A stretch of DNA of 64,000 bases from Selaginella moellendorffii. Lineage: Eukaryota; Plantae; Lycopodiophyta. The stretch lies in the NCBI RefSeq assembly GCF_000143415.4, contig NW_003314262.1:4040021-4104020 (forward strand). Reading direction: 5' to 3'. This document shows positions 48,986-62,374 of the stretch, piece by piece; the first letter of the stretch is position 1; each line of letters begins with the position of its first letter. The translations under genes were made by a program, and so were the position numbers. Under the pieces are notes generated by a model that ran no database searches, was not told the origin of the DNA, and saw only the letters and a program-made list of their open reading frames with translations.

Positions 48986-49193
48986 GGCTCCCCAAGAACT
49001 TCTACAAAGAGGAGCTACTAGAGAATGGTAAAGCCCTACCTTGGTTAATCAACCACCATCCTCGGCCCACATTTTGCCACGTGGCCCCCACATTTGTCCC
49101 AACACTGTATTTAGCAAAATCCCGAAGAAAAAGAAGCATATTCGCTCCTCTCTGCCCGGATAAGTCTCGGGGCACATTCGCTCCTCTTTGGCG

Positions 49194-49655
49194 ATGGCGA
49201 AGTGGAATGGTACAGCTCGGGGACGACTCGCCGCTCCGATCGAGAAGGTCTGGAAAATTACGTCCAATTTCGGGGGGCTGATGGAGTGGTCTCGTATTGG
49301 CGCCATGAGATCGTGCGAGATCTCGGAGGGAGAGAATGGGATTCCCGGCTGCGTGAGGAAGATCACGGCCGAATTGCCCGACAGTGGAGGCAGCGCAGAG
49401 ATTCACGAGACGCTGCTGGAGCTGGACGACGAGAATCACGTCCTGAGGTACACGATCCAAGCCCCAGCGGTGGCCCTCTTTGATGGTCTCCGTCCCACTC
49501 TCAAGCTTTTGGATCGCGATGGAAGCACGGAGATCGAATGGGGCTACGAAGTCGATGCCGATCCCGCGGATCCGGCCAAGGAGCAGCGAATTGCCGCCGC
49601 TGTTCTTGGATTCTACAGTGCGGGCATTGAAAATCTCAAGAAGATCGTCGAATGA
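49194..49655 (+). CDS. SRPBCC/polyketide-cyclase-like protein (lachrymatory-factor-synthase-like), copy 1
   Basis: APIEKVW…FGGLMEW…EGENGIPGCVR…ETLLELD…LRYTI; intronless. Confidence 0.88.
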   Translation: MAKWNGTARGRLAAPIEKVWKITSNFGGLMEWSRIGAMRSCEISEGENGIPGCVRKITAELPDSGGSAEIHETLLELDDENHVLRYTIQAPAVALFDGLRPTLKLLDRDGSTEIEWGYEVDADPADPAKEQRIAAAVLGFYSAGIENLKKIVE

Positions 49656-49799
49656 GAGAATCCTAGTATTATTTTTAATAATTTAACGATGACTTTTAAG
49701 TTGGCCTGACGCTTCGATAGGAAGTTTTCTTTGCTAGCTTTGAATTTTTCTTCGTTACATTTGTGATCTTGGTCATTAAGAAATTTACTCTGCTTTGCA

Positions 49800-49862
49800 T
49801 TGACTTTCATTGACTTTGTAAAGATTTTGACTTTCATTGACTTTGTAAAGATTTTGACTTTT
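49800..49862. repeat. 27-bp tandem repeat, ~2.3 copies
   Basis: tgactttcattgactttgtaaagattt repeated. Confidence 0.9.
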
Positions 49863-50254
49863 GGGGCCGAGCTCCTCAGGCCGAGGCAAAGAGCATCGCC
49901 ACGATCGTACACTGGAGATCATGGCGCGCCGAAGCATAAGGAAGAACAGATTCCTCCACTTGGAATCAAGGTCACACACATCACCGCAACTTCAGACTGG
50001 ACCTCCACGGCCTGATGAATGAATTTGAGGAAGAGATCGAGCAATGCTCTGGCCGTGTGGATCCACCACAGAGAGAAACTCACAATGTACCACATATTGC
50101 CAAGAACAAACCCGCCTAGACCAAATGGCTACCTGGAATCGTCACGCGATCGCAAAGTACCCGGGCATGGGAAGTCACCAATTACTGATAGATAGATCGT
50201 GAGGCCAAAGCCCGGATAGGTCTCAGGCTCGATTCCGTACAAAGGATTCGCGCG

Positions 50255-50707
50255 ATGGCGAAGTGGAATGCAACAGCTCGTGGACAGATCGCCGCTCCGA
50301 TCGACAAGGTCTGGAAAATCACGTCCGATTTCGGGGGTCTGATGGAGTGGTGCGACACTGGCGCCATGAAATCCTGCGAGATCGCGGAGGGCGAGAATGG
50401 GATTCCCGGCTGCGTGAGGAAGATCACGGCCGCATTGCCCGACAATGGAGGCAGCGCGGAGATTCTCGAGACGCTGCTGGAGCTGGACGACGCGAATCAC
50501 GTCCTGAGGTACAAGATCCAGGCCCCGGAGATGCCCCTCCTCCATGCCACTCTCAAGCTTTTGGATCGCGATGGGAGCACGGAGATCGAATGGGGCTACG
50601 AGGTCGATGCCGATCCCGCGGATCCGGCCAAGGAGCAGCAAATCGCCGACGCTGTTCTTGGGATCTACAATGGGGACATTGAAAATCTCAAGAAGATCGT
50701 CGAATGA
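50255..50707 (+). CDS. SRPBCC/polyketide-cyclase-like protein, copy 2 (tandem paralog)
   Basis: Highly similar to 49194-49655 with a 3-aa deletion. Confidence 0.88.
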   Translation: MAKWNATARGQIAAPIDKVWKITSDFGGLMEWCDTGAMKSCEIAEGENGIPGCVRKITAALPDNGGSAEILETLLELDDANHVLRYKIQAPEMPLLHATLKLLDRDGSTEIEWGYEVDADPADPAKEQQIADAVLGIYNGDIENLKKIVE

Positions 50708-50859
50708 GAGAATCAAGGCATTATTATAAAATTCTAGCGTTGCTTTTTTAGGGCTCTTCCCGGTTCCAGCCAGGGTTGGATCGATCGATCGGTTGCTTGG
50801 GCTAGCGAATTGGAGGGGCGATCTCACTGCCGCAGGCTCGATTTTTCCGGCGCTGCAAG

Positions 50860-51457
50860 ATGGGGCTCGATATGAGGTTTGTTTTGCTAGCTGAGAAAAT
50901 GAAGAGAATTTTTCCCTTCGAAATTTTCTTCTTTGTTCTTCAGTAAGTTCCAGAGTCTTAGCGATCACGGCAACGTTCTCGTGATGAATTCAAGGCAAGA
51001 ATGGCTGGCAAAGCTGGACGAGGCAAAGCGAAGTGGAAAAGTGGTAAATTTCTTCATCGTTTTCCTTTTCGTTTCTTTGAAAGAAAGCAAAGAAACTGTG
51101 ATGCTTTGCGTGTAGATCGTCGTGGACTTTACAGCGACATGGTGTGGCCCTTGCAAGGCGATGGCTCCCATTTTCGTGGATCTCTCAAAACAGTTTGAGC
51201 AGCTCATCTTTGTCAAGGTCGACGTCGATGCGCTCAAGGCAAGTTTTTTCTTTTCTTTCTTTGTGCTTGTACACAGCGATCGATCGATCCATTGAAACTC
51301 TCTGCTTGGTTCTCCTCAGGACGTCGCTCAAGACTGGTCCATCCAAGCAATGCCGACCTTCATCTTCATCAAAGACGGCAAGCTCCTGGACAAGATCGTT
51401 GGCGCAAACAAATCCGAGCTCCAGCGCAAGGCGGCAATGTACGCGACCGGAGGATAA
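50860..51457 (+). CDS. Thioredoxin h with putative N-myristoylation site (MGLDMSK)
   Basis: [17 protein letters not shown]; FVKVDVD; AMPTFIF; four exons, third intron GC-AG (donor 51239). Confidence 0.92.
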
Positions 51458-51948
51458 TTGCCAAGCTCCCAATCGATCACCAAGCTCCCGAGCTCTCACA
51501 TAAAACTCTCTATTCCAGATTATACATGACAATGCATGCACTACACTTTTGAGAAAGTTGCAATGCTAAGAAGATGCTTCCTTTGCCCCAAAGAGAAGTC
51601 ACAATCTATAGCTATAGATTTATCGATTATATTCTTTTAGCATCGCAAGAGATGCTACCACCAGCTTGAGCTATGATTGATCCAATGATAGAAACACTAT
51701 AGGGGTTTAGAACACCTAAAATTCCTTGGTTGTTCGTGGTTCGTAGTAGCCAGTTGGCAAAGGCACAGGCATTAATGTCTGCGCAATGTCCATCACATTT
51801 ATCTCGCATGCGGTGAGTGAGAGAGGGATGTAAGAATTCATGGCAGACCGGGCATCACGAACTCCATAGTACTGTACTCCTCCTCCTCTTCTCCTACTAG
51901 ATTGGAGCAGCGCGGAGCTTCTCTCGATCGATCGATAGCTCTACTGCA

Positions 51949-52322
51949 ATGGGCTCGTCCGGGGGATTGATCTTCATCGCCGCCGCGGTCATGGCGGCGT
52001 CCGCGGCCACGATGATCCACTCCAAGAATGTGGATTGCACCGAGCAGATCGAGAAGATGCAGCCGTGCCTGGCGTTCGTGGAGAACCAGGTGAGCATCCC
52101 CGGATCCGACTGCTGCAAGGCGCTGCTGTCCGTGCACTTGAACAGCCCGGTGTGCCTCTGCAAGCTCCTCTCCAGCTCCAGCTCCATGTCCTCTCCCGCC
52201 GGCGTTAACGTCTCCAGCGCGATGCTCCTCCCCAGCATCTGCGATGTCCACACCAATGCCTCGCGATGCCCCGGTAAGCAATGCTAGCTCCTCGCGTCGC
52301 CCGGATCGCTTGCGCGAGATTG

Positions 52323-52357
<35 letters not shown>

Positions 52358-52902
52358 TTGGTTCCACGATCTCATAGTTTCATCTGCGATTGGGTCCACG
52401 ATCTCATCGTTTCATCTTGTTTTGTTTTGCTCGATTGGGTTCTACGATCTCATCGTTTCATCTTGCTTTGAGCGATTGGGTTCCAGGATCTCATCGCTTC
52501 ATCTTGCTTTGAGCGATTGGGTTCCACGATCCCATCGTTTCATCTTGTTTTGATCGATTGGGTGCCATCGTTTCATGTTTTGATCGATTGGGTTCTACGA
52601 TCTCATCGTTTCATTTGTTTTGATCGCAGGACTTCTCGCTGGAGCGCCGGAGCCGTCTGATGGTAAGTTCTAGCTAGCATCATCCAGAAAAACCATATGC
52701 TTACAAGCTCTGGCCCTTTGCAGGGAATCGCAAAGCTTCGTCCGGTGAGTAGTCGAGCTCTCTCTCAGGACAAAGAGAAGATATCGTTTTTTTTTGTGTG
52801 ATTGTTCTTCCAGAGGATCTAGCTTCCGGGAGCCAAAGGCTGGTCTGGAGCTGGATGTGGAGCACTGTCGCGGCGGTCCAGATCCTTTTTTCCATGCTTT
52901 AG
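51949..52902 (+). CDS. GPI-anchored non-specific lipid transfer protein (LTPG)
   Basis: Signal peptide; 8-Cys motif C…C…CC…CLC…C…C; two micro-exons, then hydrophobic tail VWSWMWSTVAAVQILFSML*. Confidence 0.85.
52326..52626. repeat. Intronic (CT)n followed by ~39-bp minisatellite (cgattgggttccacgatctcatcgtttcatcttg…), ~7-8 copies
   Basis: Directly visible. Confidence 0.92.
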
Positions 52903-53000
52903 AAAAGATAGAATCCACACAACAGTGTAATAGATAGTTCTAATACATCACTTACGCTTGCTCTAGGTAGGTTTAGGGTTTATCCCTCCTCTTCTATGCG

Positions 53001-56000
53001 ATGGACTCGAGCGCGATGAAATCCGCGCTGCAGGAGCTCTTCGATCTGTATCTCGGGGTAGGATTTCTCACGGTCTAGGTGTAGCGTTGCCGATTTGCGC
53101 CGTTTCCAGCTCAATGCGCTCCTGTAGCGCCTCTAGTGCGATTCTAGTGTAGTGATTTGCTGCATTCCAGTTTCTAGCATGGATTAGAGCTCACAGGAGA
53201 GGATCTCCGCATGTTTATGTCGCTCACATCGATTTTTTTTCCAGAGGAACTCTAGCGTCAAAGGCGAAGGAGCCGGAGGGAGAGAGAATGCGTTAGCGAT
53301 CTAGTAGCTAGTCGTGGCTCTACCGTAACTTTGTTTCCCTTTTTCTTCGCTCTTGCAGGACTAAGCAACGAAAGAAAGCTTCCACTAAACCGCATCCTCC
53401 TAACGAGCAGTTCCAGTCCGACTATCTTCTTCTACAAAACCAGTTCATGGTAGGCTTGTTTTTTTCTTGTTTCTCTATACGACGATTCTTCTTGCAGGAT
53501 CACAATCAGCTTCAAGCGATAACAGAGTCACTCGTTGCCATGTTGTTCATACAATGTGGAAGTCACGCTCCCCAAGCCGACTTCTTACTCTTTGCTCTCC
53601 GGACGCTTGCTAGAGCCGGGTTGCTGCGCTCGGATATGTTTCTACTCGCCTTCTTCCGGGCCGTGGCTATGGTGGAGTCGAATCCTGTCGCTGTGACGCA
53701 AGCTCAGTCTTCTCCTTTAGTCTCAACGTCTGGGGAACCATCGACTAATATCTTGGTGACACCGTCTTCGGCCAAGAGAGCATCGGTTTGGCTGCGTCCG
53801 CTGGTTTGCAACGTCATGGGCGCTGCTCTGGAGGCCGAGTTGAGGCCAGTAGCGTCTTTCGACATGCTTTACCTCACCGTGCAGTGGATCAACGACGTTG
53901 CTAGCGGAAGCGAGGGATCGCTCAAAGACGTAACTTGGCTAGACAATTGTCTCGAAGTTTTGCGGATGCTGATAGACGAGAGGAAATGCCGAGTGCCATT
54001 CTACGCTCTTCTGCACGACCAGACGTTGCTCCAAGCGGACTATTGGCCTGAGAATGAAGCGCTCCTGGGACTCTTTCTCGATCTGCATCGGAGGCGTGAC
54101 AGGATTGCTTTACACATGCTCATGTTTGATCATCACTTGCAGTGTCCAACCTTTTCAACACTGAGATCCACAGCGTTGACTTATGCAGGGGCGATGGGAG
54201 AAGCTCTGTATGGAGAGGTACTTCGTGTTTATTTTTCTATGTTTTTTCATTTCATTTGCGTGCGTGAATTGATCTTATGCTTCACATGCATATAGATAAA
54301 TAGATAGAACTTCTTTATTGAAAGTTGTTACGTTGTATGTGCAGGAAGTTGCTGCTTCCGTTCAGCGTGACAGCCTAGATTATGAGAAGGCATTGCGGTG
54401 TCTTAAACACGGCCTACGAACAAATCCATCCGCCGACATTTGGAGGCGTGTTTTGTTATGTGCTCCACGGCACCGGCAGCAGCAGCAGCCTGTCCCTCCC
54501 AGACCGGGGCCTAACACTTCGTGGACACAGCCGGGGCTAGTTTTTAACTCGGAAATGACTTGCGAGGCTGTAGTGGAAAGAATTATGGATCTTATGCAGC
54601 CTATTTCTACGGGTAGGGGATTTTATCATATTTTCTCATTGTGAATGATATCTTGTCTAGATGGTTCCAGGGAGCCCTGCCTTCAGCGCGACATCCACAA
54701 CAGAGTCGGGGAGATGGCAGGAATGGCTCAACTTTGCTGACTTGTTCTACTATTTTATGCGGAGAGGCTACCTGGATTTTCTTGAGTTTATTGAAAAGCT
54801 GGCCGGGGCTTTTGCAAGTGGAGAGCAGAGTATACAACGGAGCAATCATGTCACCTGGTTGCTTGCACAAGTATTTCGCCTCGAAACCGTCACACAGGCT
54901 CTGAGTGAGGACGAGGACTCGAGAAAGGTAGCCTCGTTTTCGTTTTCTCTTTTCCCTTCTTACAACTTGTATGTTCCAGGTGGAGACTGCTCAAAAGATA
55001 CTGTCGTTTCACATGGCCGACCGCTCCGTGGATCATAGCAATGCTGTATCTCCTCAGGCGAAGCTTTTGGATTACGTGGGAAGCAGTCAGATTTTACGAC
55101 TCTGGGCATTGAATCGAACTGTGATGGAGCATTTGGTGGGAAATCGAATGCCAGAGCACATTCAGAAAGGGAAAACAATTGATGAATGGTGGAAGAAAGT
55201 TTTGAAAGGTATTTCCTTGTTAGTGTAGTAAACTTCATCTTATTTTGTGTTTCTTTTGTCTATCTTTTTCTTCCAGGAGAACGCTTTCTAGACTATGCTA
55301 ACCTGGATGACAACTCCATGGGAATGGTGTGGGTTTTATCACACACCATGACGCAACCCGTGGCTGACGCTGTGATGAATTGGATGCGGTCCAACGGTGT
55401 GGGGGAGGTTCTTGTTGGAAATGAAAGAATAGCGGTGGTTCACGAGACAAGCCCGCTTCCGATTGCCATGCTGTCTGGGTTATCTCTTCATCTTTGCATG
55501 CGGCTTATACAACAAATTGAGGAACAAATATTTGCTGGTCAGGTACGGCGCTTTTTTGCTTTTTTATGTTTTGTTGTCTAATACCTTCTGCCAGATGGTA
55601 CCAAGCATAGCAATGCTGGAAACGTACGTGCGCTTGCTTCTTGTCGCACCACAGACATTATTCCAGCATCACCTGAACGTAAGTTGCTGAACGAGATAGA
55701 CATGAGCTGAACATATTGAATTAACAGGGAATGATGCAAAAGTACCAAAGCGGTGCAGCAAAAGCAGGAATTTCGCTTATTCTTCTTGAGCTTCTCAACT
55801 ATCGTTTGATGCCCTTGTACAGGTAAGTCTTCTTTCGTCTTTGTTTAGTTTAGCAAGTACTATGTATGTACAGGTTCCATGGAAAACTGAAGCAGCTAGT
55901 GTTTGATATGGCTAAGATTATAATTCCAATGAAGGCCAAACGTGGAGACCACCGACTCTTCCGTCTTGCAGAAAACCTTGGAATTAACCTTGTTCTTTCA

Positions 56001-58864
56001 ATGAAAGAAGTTTTGCTTATAAAGAAGGAGAAGGTAAAATGCATCTCTGTCGCTGCAATTGTTATACTCTGCTTCTGATATTTCCAGGGTGCCACGACGG
56101 AATTCACGGAAACTTTGAACCGAATTATGGTAGTAAGTCTCGCTATTACTATCAAGACCCGGGGCATTGCAGAATTCGAGCAGCTACTTGTTCTACAAAC
56201 TGCGTTAGAGCAAATACTTGCGAATAGTAAACATACATGGTCAGAGAAGACAATGCGGCACTTCCCGCAGACGCTTCGTGAAGTTCTCGCTTTAAGATCT
56301 GATGGAAGACTGCTAACTCTTCAAACTTGGCAGCAGGTTGGCTGACATATCATTTGTCGTAATTTTAACGTTCAAGTTTTACAGGTTGAGACTACTGTTT
56401 TGCACCAGTGTCAACAGCTTCTTGCAGGTGACCCAGCATTTGCCATGTCGTTTGTAAATCACAGTTTTCCTCCACACCGTCCGTTCCTCTGTGCCGCCGC
56501 CTGGGTTTTGATGGATTGCCGTCCTGAGAATTTCAACTGTGGAAATCTTGTACGTGATAGTGATGTTTTCGCAGCTGCTAACTTGTACATTTGTTTCAGG
56601 GTAAGGCGTTGAAAGAGCTGTCACCTGAAGACGTAACCTCGAATATCTACACGCTTGTTGATATCCTACTTCATCATATGCACCTCCAGCTACAGCACGG
56701 ACACTCGCAGCAGGTAAATTCTTGATAATTTTTTTCCACTTTTGTGACAAGTTTGGGTTCTGCAGGATCTTCTGTTGAGGGCCAGTGCTACGTTAACTTA
56801 TCTCGTATGGTCCCAGGAAATATTACCATTTGACATACTGCTTTTGGCGCTGCTAGACCGTGACGATGACATTCATGCGCTACGACTAGTGGTATGCTCA
56901 TTTGTGGTTTCTCCTCTCACCATATCATGCTGATTACAGGTTAGTTTGCTCCTTGATCGCAAGGAGTTTCAGCAGCTTAGAGTTCAGAATTACTGTCGGC
57001 AGCATGGTCAGCAGGAGCACTGGCTGCATCCGGGGCCTTTCCAACGTGTAGAGCCGCCACAGGCCCTTGGAAATCACTTGGCTGGAAAGGAGAGGTATGA
57101 TTGAGTATGGCTACTTGGTCACGTTGGTTCACTGTTTATTCTTAATGATGATTCAGGTACCCTGTATTCTTCGATGACATGGCTTTGCGCGCCTTGCCTG
57201 TCATCCACCTTGTTGTCTACCGCCTGATAGAAAACGACGCCACGGACACCGCAGAACATGTTTTGACTGCATACTCTCCTTTGCTACGTTACCATCCTAC
57301 TCGTTTCACATTTGTGCGTGATACTCTTGCCTACTTCTATGGTCATCTGCCGAACAAGCTTATCTTGAGACTGCTGAGCAGCCTAGACATTGCGAAGGTA
57401 ACAAGTTTCTATTGACTTTCCAGATGCATTATGAATCCGAGGTGCTTTTAACCAGATGCCGGTGTCGGAGGCGTTTATTCGGATACTCAACACTGGAACG
57501 CCTCCATATGACTACTACGTAACAATGCTCTTGAATCTGGTAAACAACGTAATCCCCTCGTTCACTAACAAGCCAAGAACGTCATCCCCGACAATGGAAA
57601 GTTTTAGCACGACGCGATCAACTACGCCTGGCAAGAGCCCGGCATCATCTACCAATTCGACTGACAATCACAAGGCGTTTTATCACCACCAGGATCCTGG
57701 AAGCTACTGCCAACTTGTCCTGGAAACCTGTGTCATCGAGCTACTATCTTTGCCAACACCTCCAGCGCAGGCAGTAGCAATGCTCGTCCAGATAGCAGTT
57801 CGTGTTCCAACACCTCCTTCTCAGGCTTACGCCTCAGCTTCACAGTCAGCAGCTCCACGGAGTCCCCTGTTGCCAACGTCTCCTCCATCAGCATGCACGG
57901 CAGAAAGCTCCACTCCGTCTTCTACCTCCGTCTCAACCGGCCAAACGATCTCGCCTTTCATATCTCCGCAAGTGATCCAAGCTTGCGGCCTTCTTTTGGC
58001 TCAGCTACCCAGACAATTCCACGATGTGTTCTACAAGGAAGTGGCACGTATACTCAAGGACTGTTGGTGGCTCAAAGATCCAAAGAAAAGTCCCAAGGAG
58101 ATGGATGCTGCTTTCGGCTATTCGGTATGGGACCCCTCTTGGGCGGTTCAAGACGGGACGTCAAGTGTGATAGGTACAGAAACGATCTTTTTGCTTCTTA
58201 TTCCTTTTTTTGTTTTTTTTTTTGTGCTAATATCTTCTGTACAACTTTGTCAGGGAATGCGGCCGCTTTGTTCCATGCATTCACGGCCAACATATCTTTC
58301 GAGTGGCTTGAAAACACGCACGACGTCGTCAATTTGCAAAGGCCGATGACCACAGTCGCGCAGCTGCGGCTCGCGTTTCGGATGTTGGGACCGTTAGTGC
58401 CGCGCTTCGTGATCTCACGACCTCTGTTCGCAAAGGTGATACTTTTATATCGCATTCTAAAATCCTCTTTTTAACTTGTTTTCGCTACAGACTTTAGCAT
58501 TGCTATTCACAATGCTCGCAGAGGTGTTTGGCCGAAACGCCCAAGTTCACGACGTCACCGAAATCACCGATCTAGTAGATTTCATGTAAGTTCTACTCTC
58601 CTCTTTTGCTTTGATCATATAAAAAACCAAACTTGATGTTTGTGTGTGTCCAGGCACCATGTTGTAATGCTGGAAGCACAGCAGGCCGGTGGAAAACCAA
58701 GGCCCGACACTCTCGGCCTCTGCAACAAAGCGGTGGAGCGCTTACATCCCGACGTACAACACTTGTTCCAGCATCTTACGGTAGATCCCCAGCGATCGAT
58801 TTACGCTGCCACTCATCCCAAGATCGCTCAAAGGCCACTCTCATGCTTCGCTACAACGACGTAA
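53001..58864 (+). CDS. MED23: Mediator subunit 23
   Basis: LDLHRRRDRIALHMLMFDHHL; SNHVTWLLAQ; KRGDHRLFRLAENL; YPVFFDDMA; LVLETCVIELLSLP; SIYAATHPK; many short introns. Confidence 0.93.
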
Positions 58865-58985
58865 AACACACACACAAACACACACACACACAGAGTACTA
58901 CTATCAATTCAGGTACTTCTAACCTTCTAAAAATCTTTTTTGATTTTTTTTTTCGGCGCTCAAAGTAACACTTCTTTCTTTCGCT

Positions 58986-60624
58986 CTAGACTTTGAAAAA
59001 CCGCCCGCCTTTCTGTCCAACTCCCGTCCCAGCGAGGCTGGCAGCGAGGAGAGATCTCGTATCAGGCCGCCACTTAAACTCCTTCAGCGAAGCAAAGCAA
59101 TTCGCGAGAGCTGGGCTCACCTCCGAGTCCCGGATGTTGTCGCAGAACGTCACTCGCAGCCGCTGGAGATCTTTCCAAGCCATCACCGCCGCCTCCAACC
59201 CGCTGGTGGTCAGAAGCGAGCATCCCTCGAGCGAGAGAAGCCGAGTCCTCCTGGCGCAGAGAAAGACAACGTTAATCACAAGCTCGCCATAAAAGCTCTA
59301 AAGGCTCTTACCTGCATTTGCTCGCCATGCTAAAGGTCTCGTCTTCCAGCCCCCAGCAATCGTTAAACTCGAGCTCCCTCACGTTTCTACACACGCTCAG
59401 CAGCGCCGCGAAGCCCAGCCGATCGCGAAGATCACACTTTGCGAGCTTGAGACAGTCCAGCGCCGAGCAGTGGCCGAGGTACTCCGGAGGCCCCGGGTCT
59501 ACGTCGATGTTCCGGCAACTCACCAGGCATAGCTTCTTCAAACACGAACATTTCGACAAGGCAGCGATCCAGCCTCTCTGGAATCCTTTGGTGGACAGCG
59601 TCAGCTCCTCGAGCATGAAGCAGCACTGGCCGATGGCAGCGATGCCGTGGTAGCTCGCCTCGCAGCCCATGAGCTCGAGCTTGACAATTCGGCTAAACCG
59701 GTTGGCTAGAACAGTGAGGCCGATGTCCGTGAAAGTGCCCAAGTAGTGCTCCGTGACGAGGCCGACAAGTCTCACTATCTGGAGGTGGCGGCACGCGGAC
59801 ATGGCCGTGAGGGCCTCGTCTGTGCACTGGAGGAGCTCCAGCTCTTGCAGCATCGGGCAGCTCCGCGCGACGTACGCAAGCCCGGCCTCGATCTCCGCCA
59901 CCATTTTGGACGATGGTGCTCTCTCGGACGAGAGCGGCACCACCTTTGACGAGGCGCGATCCGACGAGAGAGTCACCACAGCAATTGGCTGCTGCTTCTT
60001 CTCCTCCACCGCCGCCCGGGAATCGTCGAAGACGCGAAGAAGACCCTTGATGGATCGCTCCCTGTAGACGTCCTTGAGGGACAATCGCTGCAAACCTGAG
60101 AAGCTATCGCCGAGGATCTTGAGACCGCTGTCCAGGGCGGCGGGGGAGAGCTCGTGCTCTTGGATGCATCGCTCCACCGGGAAGATGTCCACCACGTCGG
60201 GCGTGAGGGGCAGCGTGTAGGAGCCGTGCGTGAGAAGCACCGCGGAGCAATTCCTGGGGACGAGCACGCTGGCCTGCGTCAAATCCAAGTCGGTGAGATT
60301 GGGAAACCTTGCCTTCAGTCGCCCGCTCTCGAGGTAGCTCCACTCGTGGAGCTTGAGGGATCGGCGCAGGAGGCCGTGGAGCCGGAGCCAGCGCTTGCAG
60401 ACGAGCGAGCAGGGATACGGCGACGATCCTCCGGGCAGCCGGGCGAGGATGCTGAGGAGAATTTCGTCGGTGAGGAGGGCGGTGAGATCCGTCCCGGCCA
60501 GGAATTTCGCGGGATCGATCTTGTTGCCCAGGCCCTTTCCCCTGATCTGGTGATGATGCTGCTGCATCGCCAGATCGATCTGCGAAGATTGGGATCCCTC
60601 TCCAGGCGCGCCTTTTTGACACAT
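58986..60624 (-). CDS. F-box/LRR-repeat protein (At5g07670-like); start at 60624 or 60567
   Basis: F-box DLTALLTDEILLSILARL…SLVCKRWLRL; Cys-containing LRRs; terminal LSLEGCSLLTT…KWRPD…KGGRFF; one intron. Confidence 0.9.
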
Positions 60625-61262
60625 GAAAGGAAACTCTCCGGTGCGCGCTCTCCCTCCGCCAATGCGGCCTACAATCGCATCGATCGATCGAATTCCACGG
60701 CCGTGGCGTGGGAAATCCCCGCGCTAGAACCCTAGCGCCATAGCCCGGGCGGCCCCTTTCCCTCTTTGCTTGCTCTTTCAAACCCTGGGACGCGTGACAA
60801 GCCGCCCAGCGGAAAAAACAAATGCCACATCACTGTAGAGAGAAAAAAGAAGAGAGATGCAATGCTTCGCTTCGTGGATGCGCTCAAACCCGACGGCCCA
60901 GATGCGTCCAAATCCGACCGTCCGGCATGGCGTACGCACGACCGTCAATTCCGAGATTTGTACAAGCTAGATTGGACGAATATCCTCGCAAAGCTGGAAG
61001 GAATATTTTACGCTTTTCTAGCTTAACCGGTAATGGTTTAAAACGGACTCTCTTCCGAAATCCACCTCCTTGAAAGCTCCACTCAACTAAACGGATCAAG
61101 GCTTGTCTATCGGATGGACTGTCGCTACTCCAAAACTTAGCGATCGATCGATTGATCTGCGAGAATGGAAATATCAAAGTAGCTAAGCGATCGAAACGAG
61201 CTGCCTACCACTATAAATCCCTGAAAGAAGAGTTTTTTTTCCTCTTTTTTGTGCTCGACCAC

Positions 61263-62302
61263 TCACTCCTCGTCCATCTCAGATCTTACAGTCTCCACGA
61301 GCTCATTGATGGCAAGCACGGCCTCTTGCAGGGATGTCACAGCTTCTTTATGAGCGGCCAGGTACTCGGCCTCGGCTTGACACTCCTCCAGGCCGGAGAT
61401 GGCACCATCCAGCTCTGCCGGGGTGCAACACAAGTTACACGCCTCAGGTGGAGCGACTCGCCTTTGATCGGTGGCTTGACGCTCGCTGGGGTGGCCTGCT
61501 CGTTTCAAGATCTGGAGAGTCGCAGTCTGCAAGAGCAAAGCATTAATTCACCCGAAAGAAAAGTGTAGAAAGCTTTTAAGAGAACAAAACTAAAACCTGG
61601 GAGAATGGAAACAAAGGAAGGATTTGTAGCGAGGAACTTTTAAAGCATTCAAAGAAAGTTCGAAAGAAAAACAGAAAAGATAAAAACGAAGCTTTTAAGA
61701 GACCAAAACTTAAGCCTGGAAGTGGAATGGAAACAAAGCTCGGGAGGGATTTCTGGCGAGGCATGCAGAAACAAAAACTTGAAAGCAATCAAAACTGTGA
61801 AACAAAAAGAAAGCTCTTTGTCTACTTTACCATCTGGAGCTTTTTCTTCTCGTGAGACTGCACGGCCTGCAATAACACCGCGAGGTCCTCCCTAGAGCAC
61901 GCAGGATCTCGCAACGCAGCTTCGATTTCAAGCACCTAAGGATTTTGGCAGCATGGCACATGACAAGAACACAAAAATTAAGAATTTCCAAGGAAGAGGA
62001 AAAAAGGAACTTTGTGGATGGAGGGATTGATTGCCTGTCTGGAACACTCATTAAATTCCACTGTCACTCTGCCGCAAAGCTCCTTGTAAGCGAGCTCCGC
62101 ATTAGAACGAAGATAATCTGCAAAACCCCTGGCCAGTAGCTAGAGTGTCACTGCTCGGACGAAATCGCAAGAATTTCCACCGATCAACTACGATCGAGAC
62201 GGCGCAAGCAAAGATATAGCATTACCTCTGGAGCTCCGTGTAGATCGTTGCTCGCCGCTCCTGGAACTCGAGAAACCGGCGAAGGAGCTCCTTCTCCGCC
62301 AT
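61263..62302 (-). CDS. REX1-B (required for excision 1-B) domain protein
   Basis: Four exons: LRRFLEFQERRATIY / GFADYL…YKELCGRVTVEFNECS / LLQAVQSHEKKKLQM / TATLQIL…LQEAVLAINELVETVR; second intron GC-AG. Confidence 0.85.
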
Positions 62303-62374
62303 AGCCAATCGCGCTAGGGTTTATACTTGCGAGGGTTTTTTCTAATTTTCGCGCCAAAACGATTAGGGCAAGCT

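Noticed and set aside
49194-50707. PYR/PYL ABA receptors
   Set aside because: They lack the SGLPA gate and HRL latch, so they are generic SRPBCC.
50129-50968. Long antisense ORFs here and over other GC-rich genes (e.g. 15940..16626, 16840..17550, 60104..60781)
   Set aside because: They are shadow frames of real genes and have no motifs of their own.
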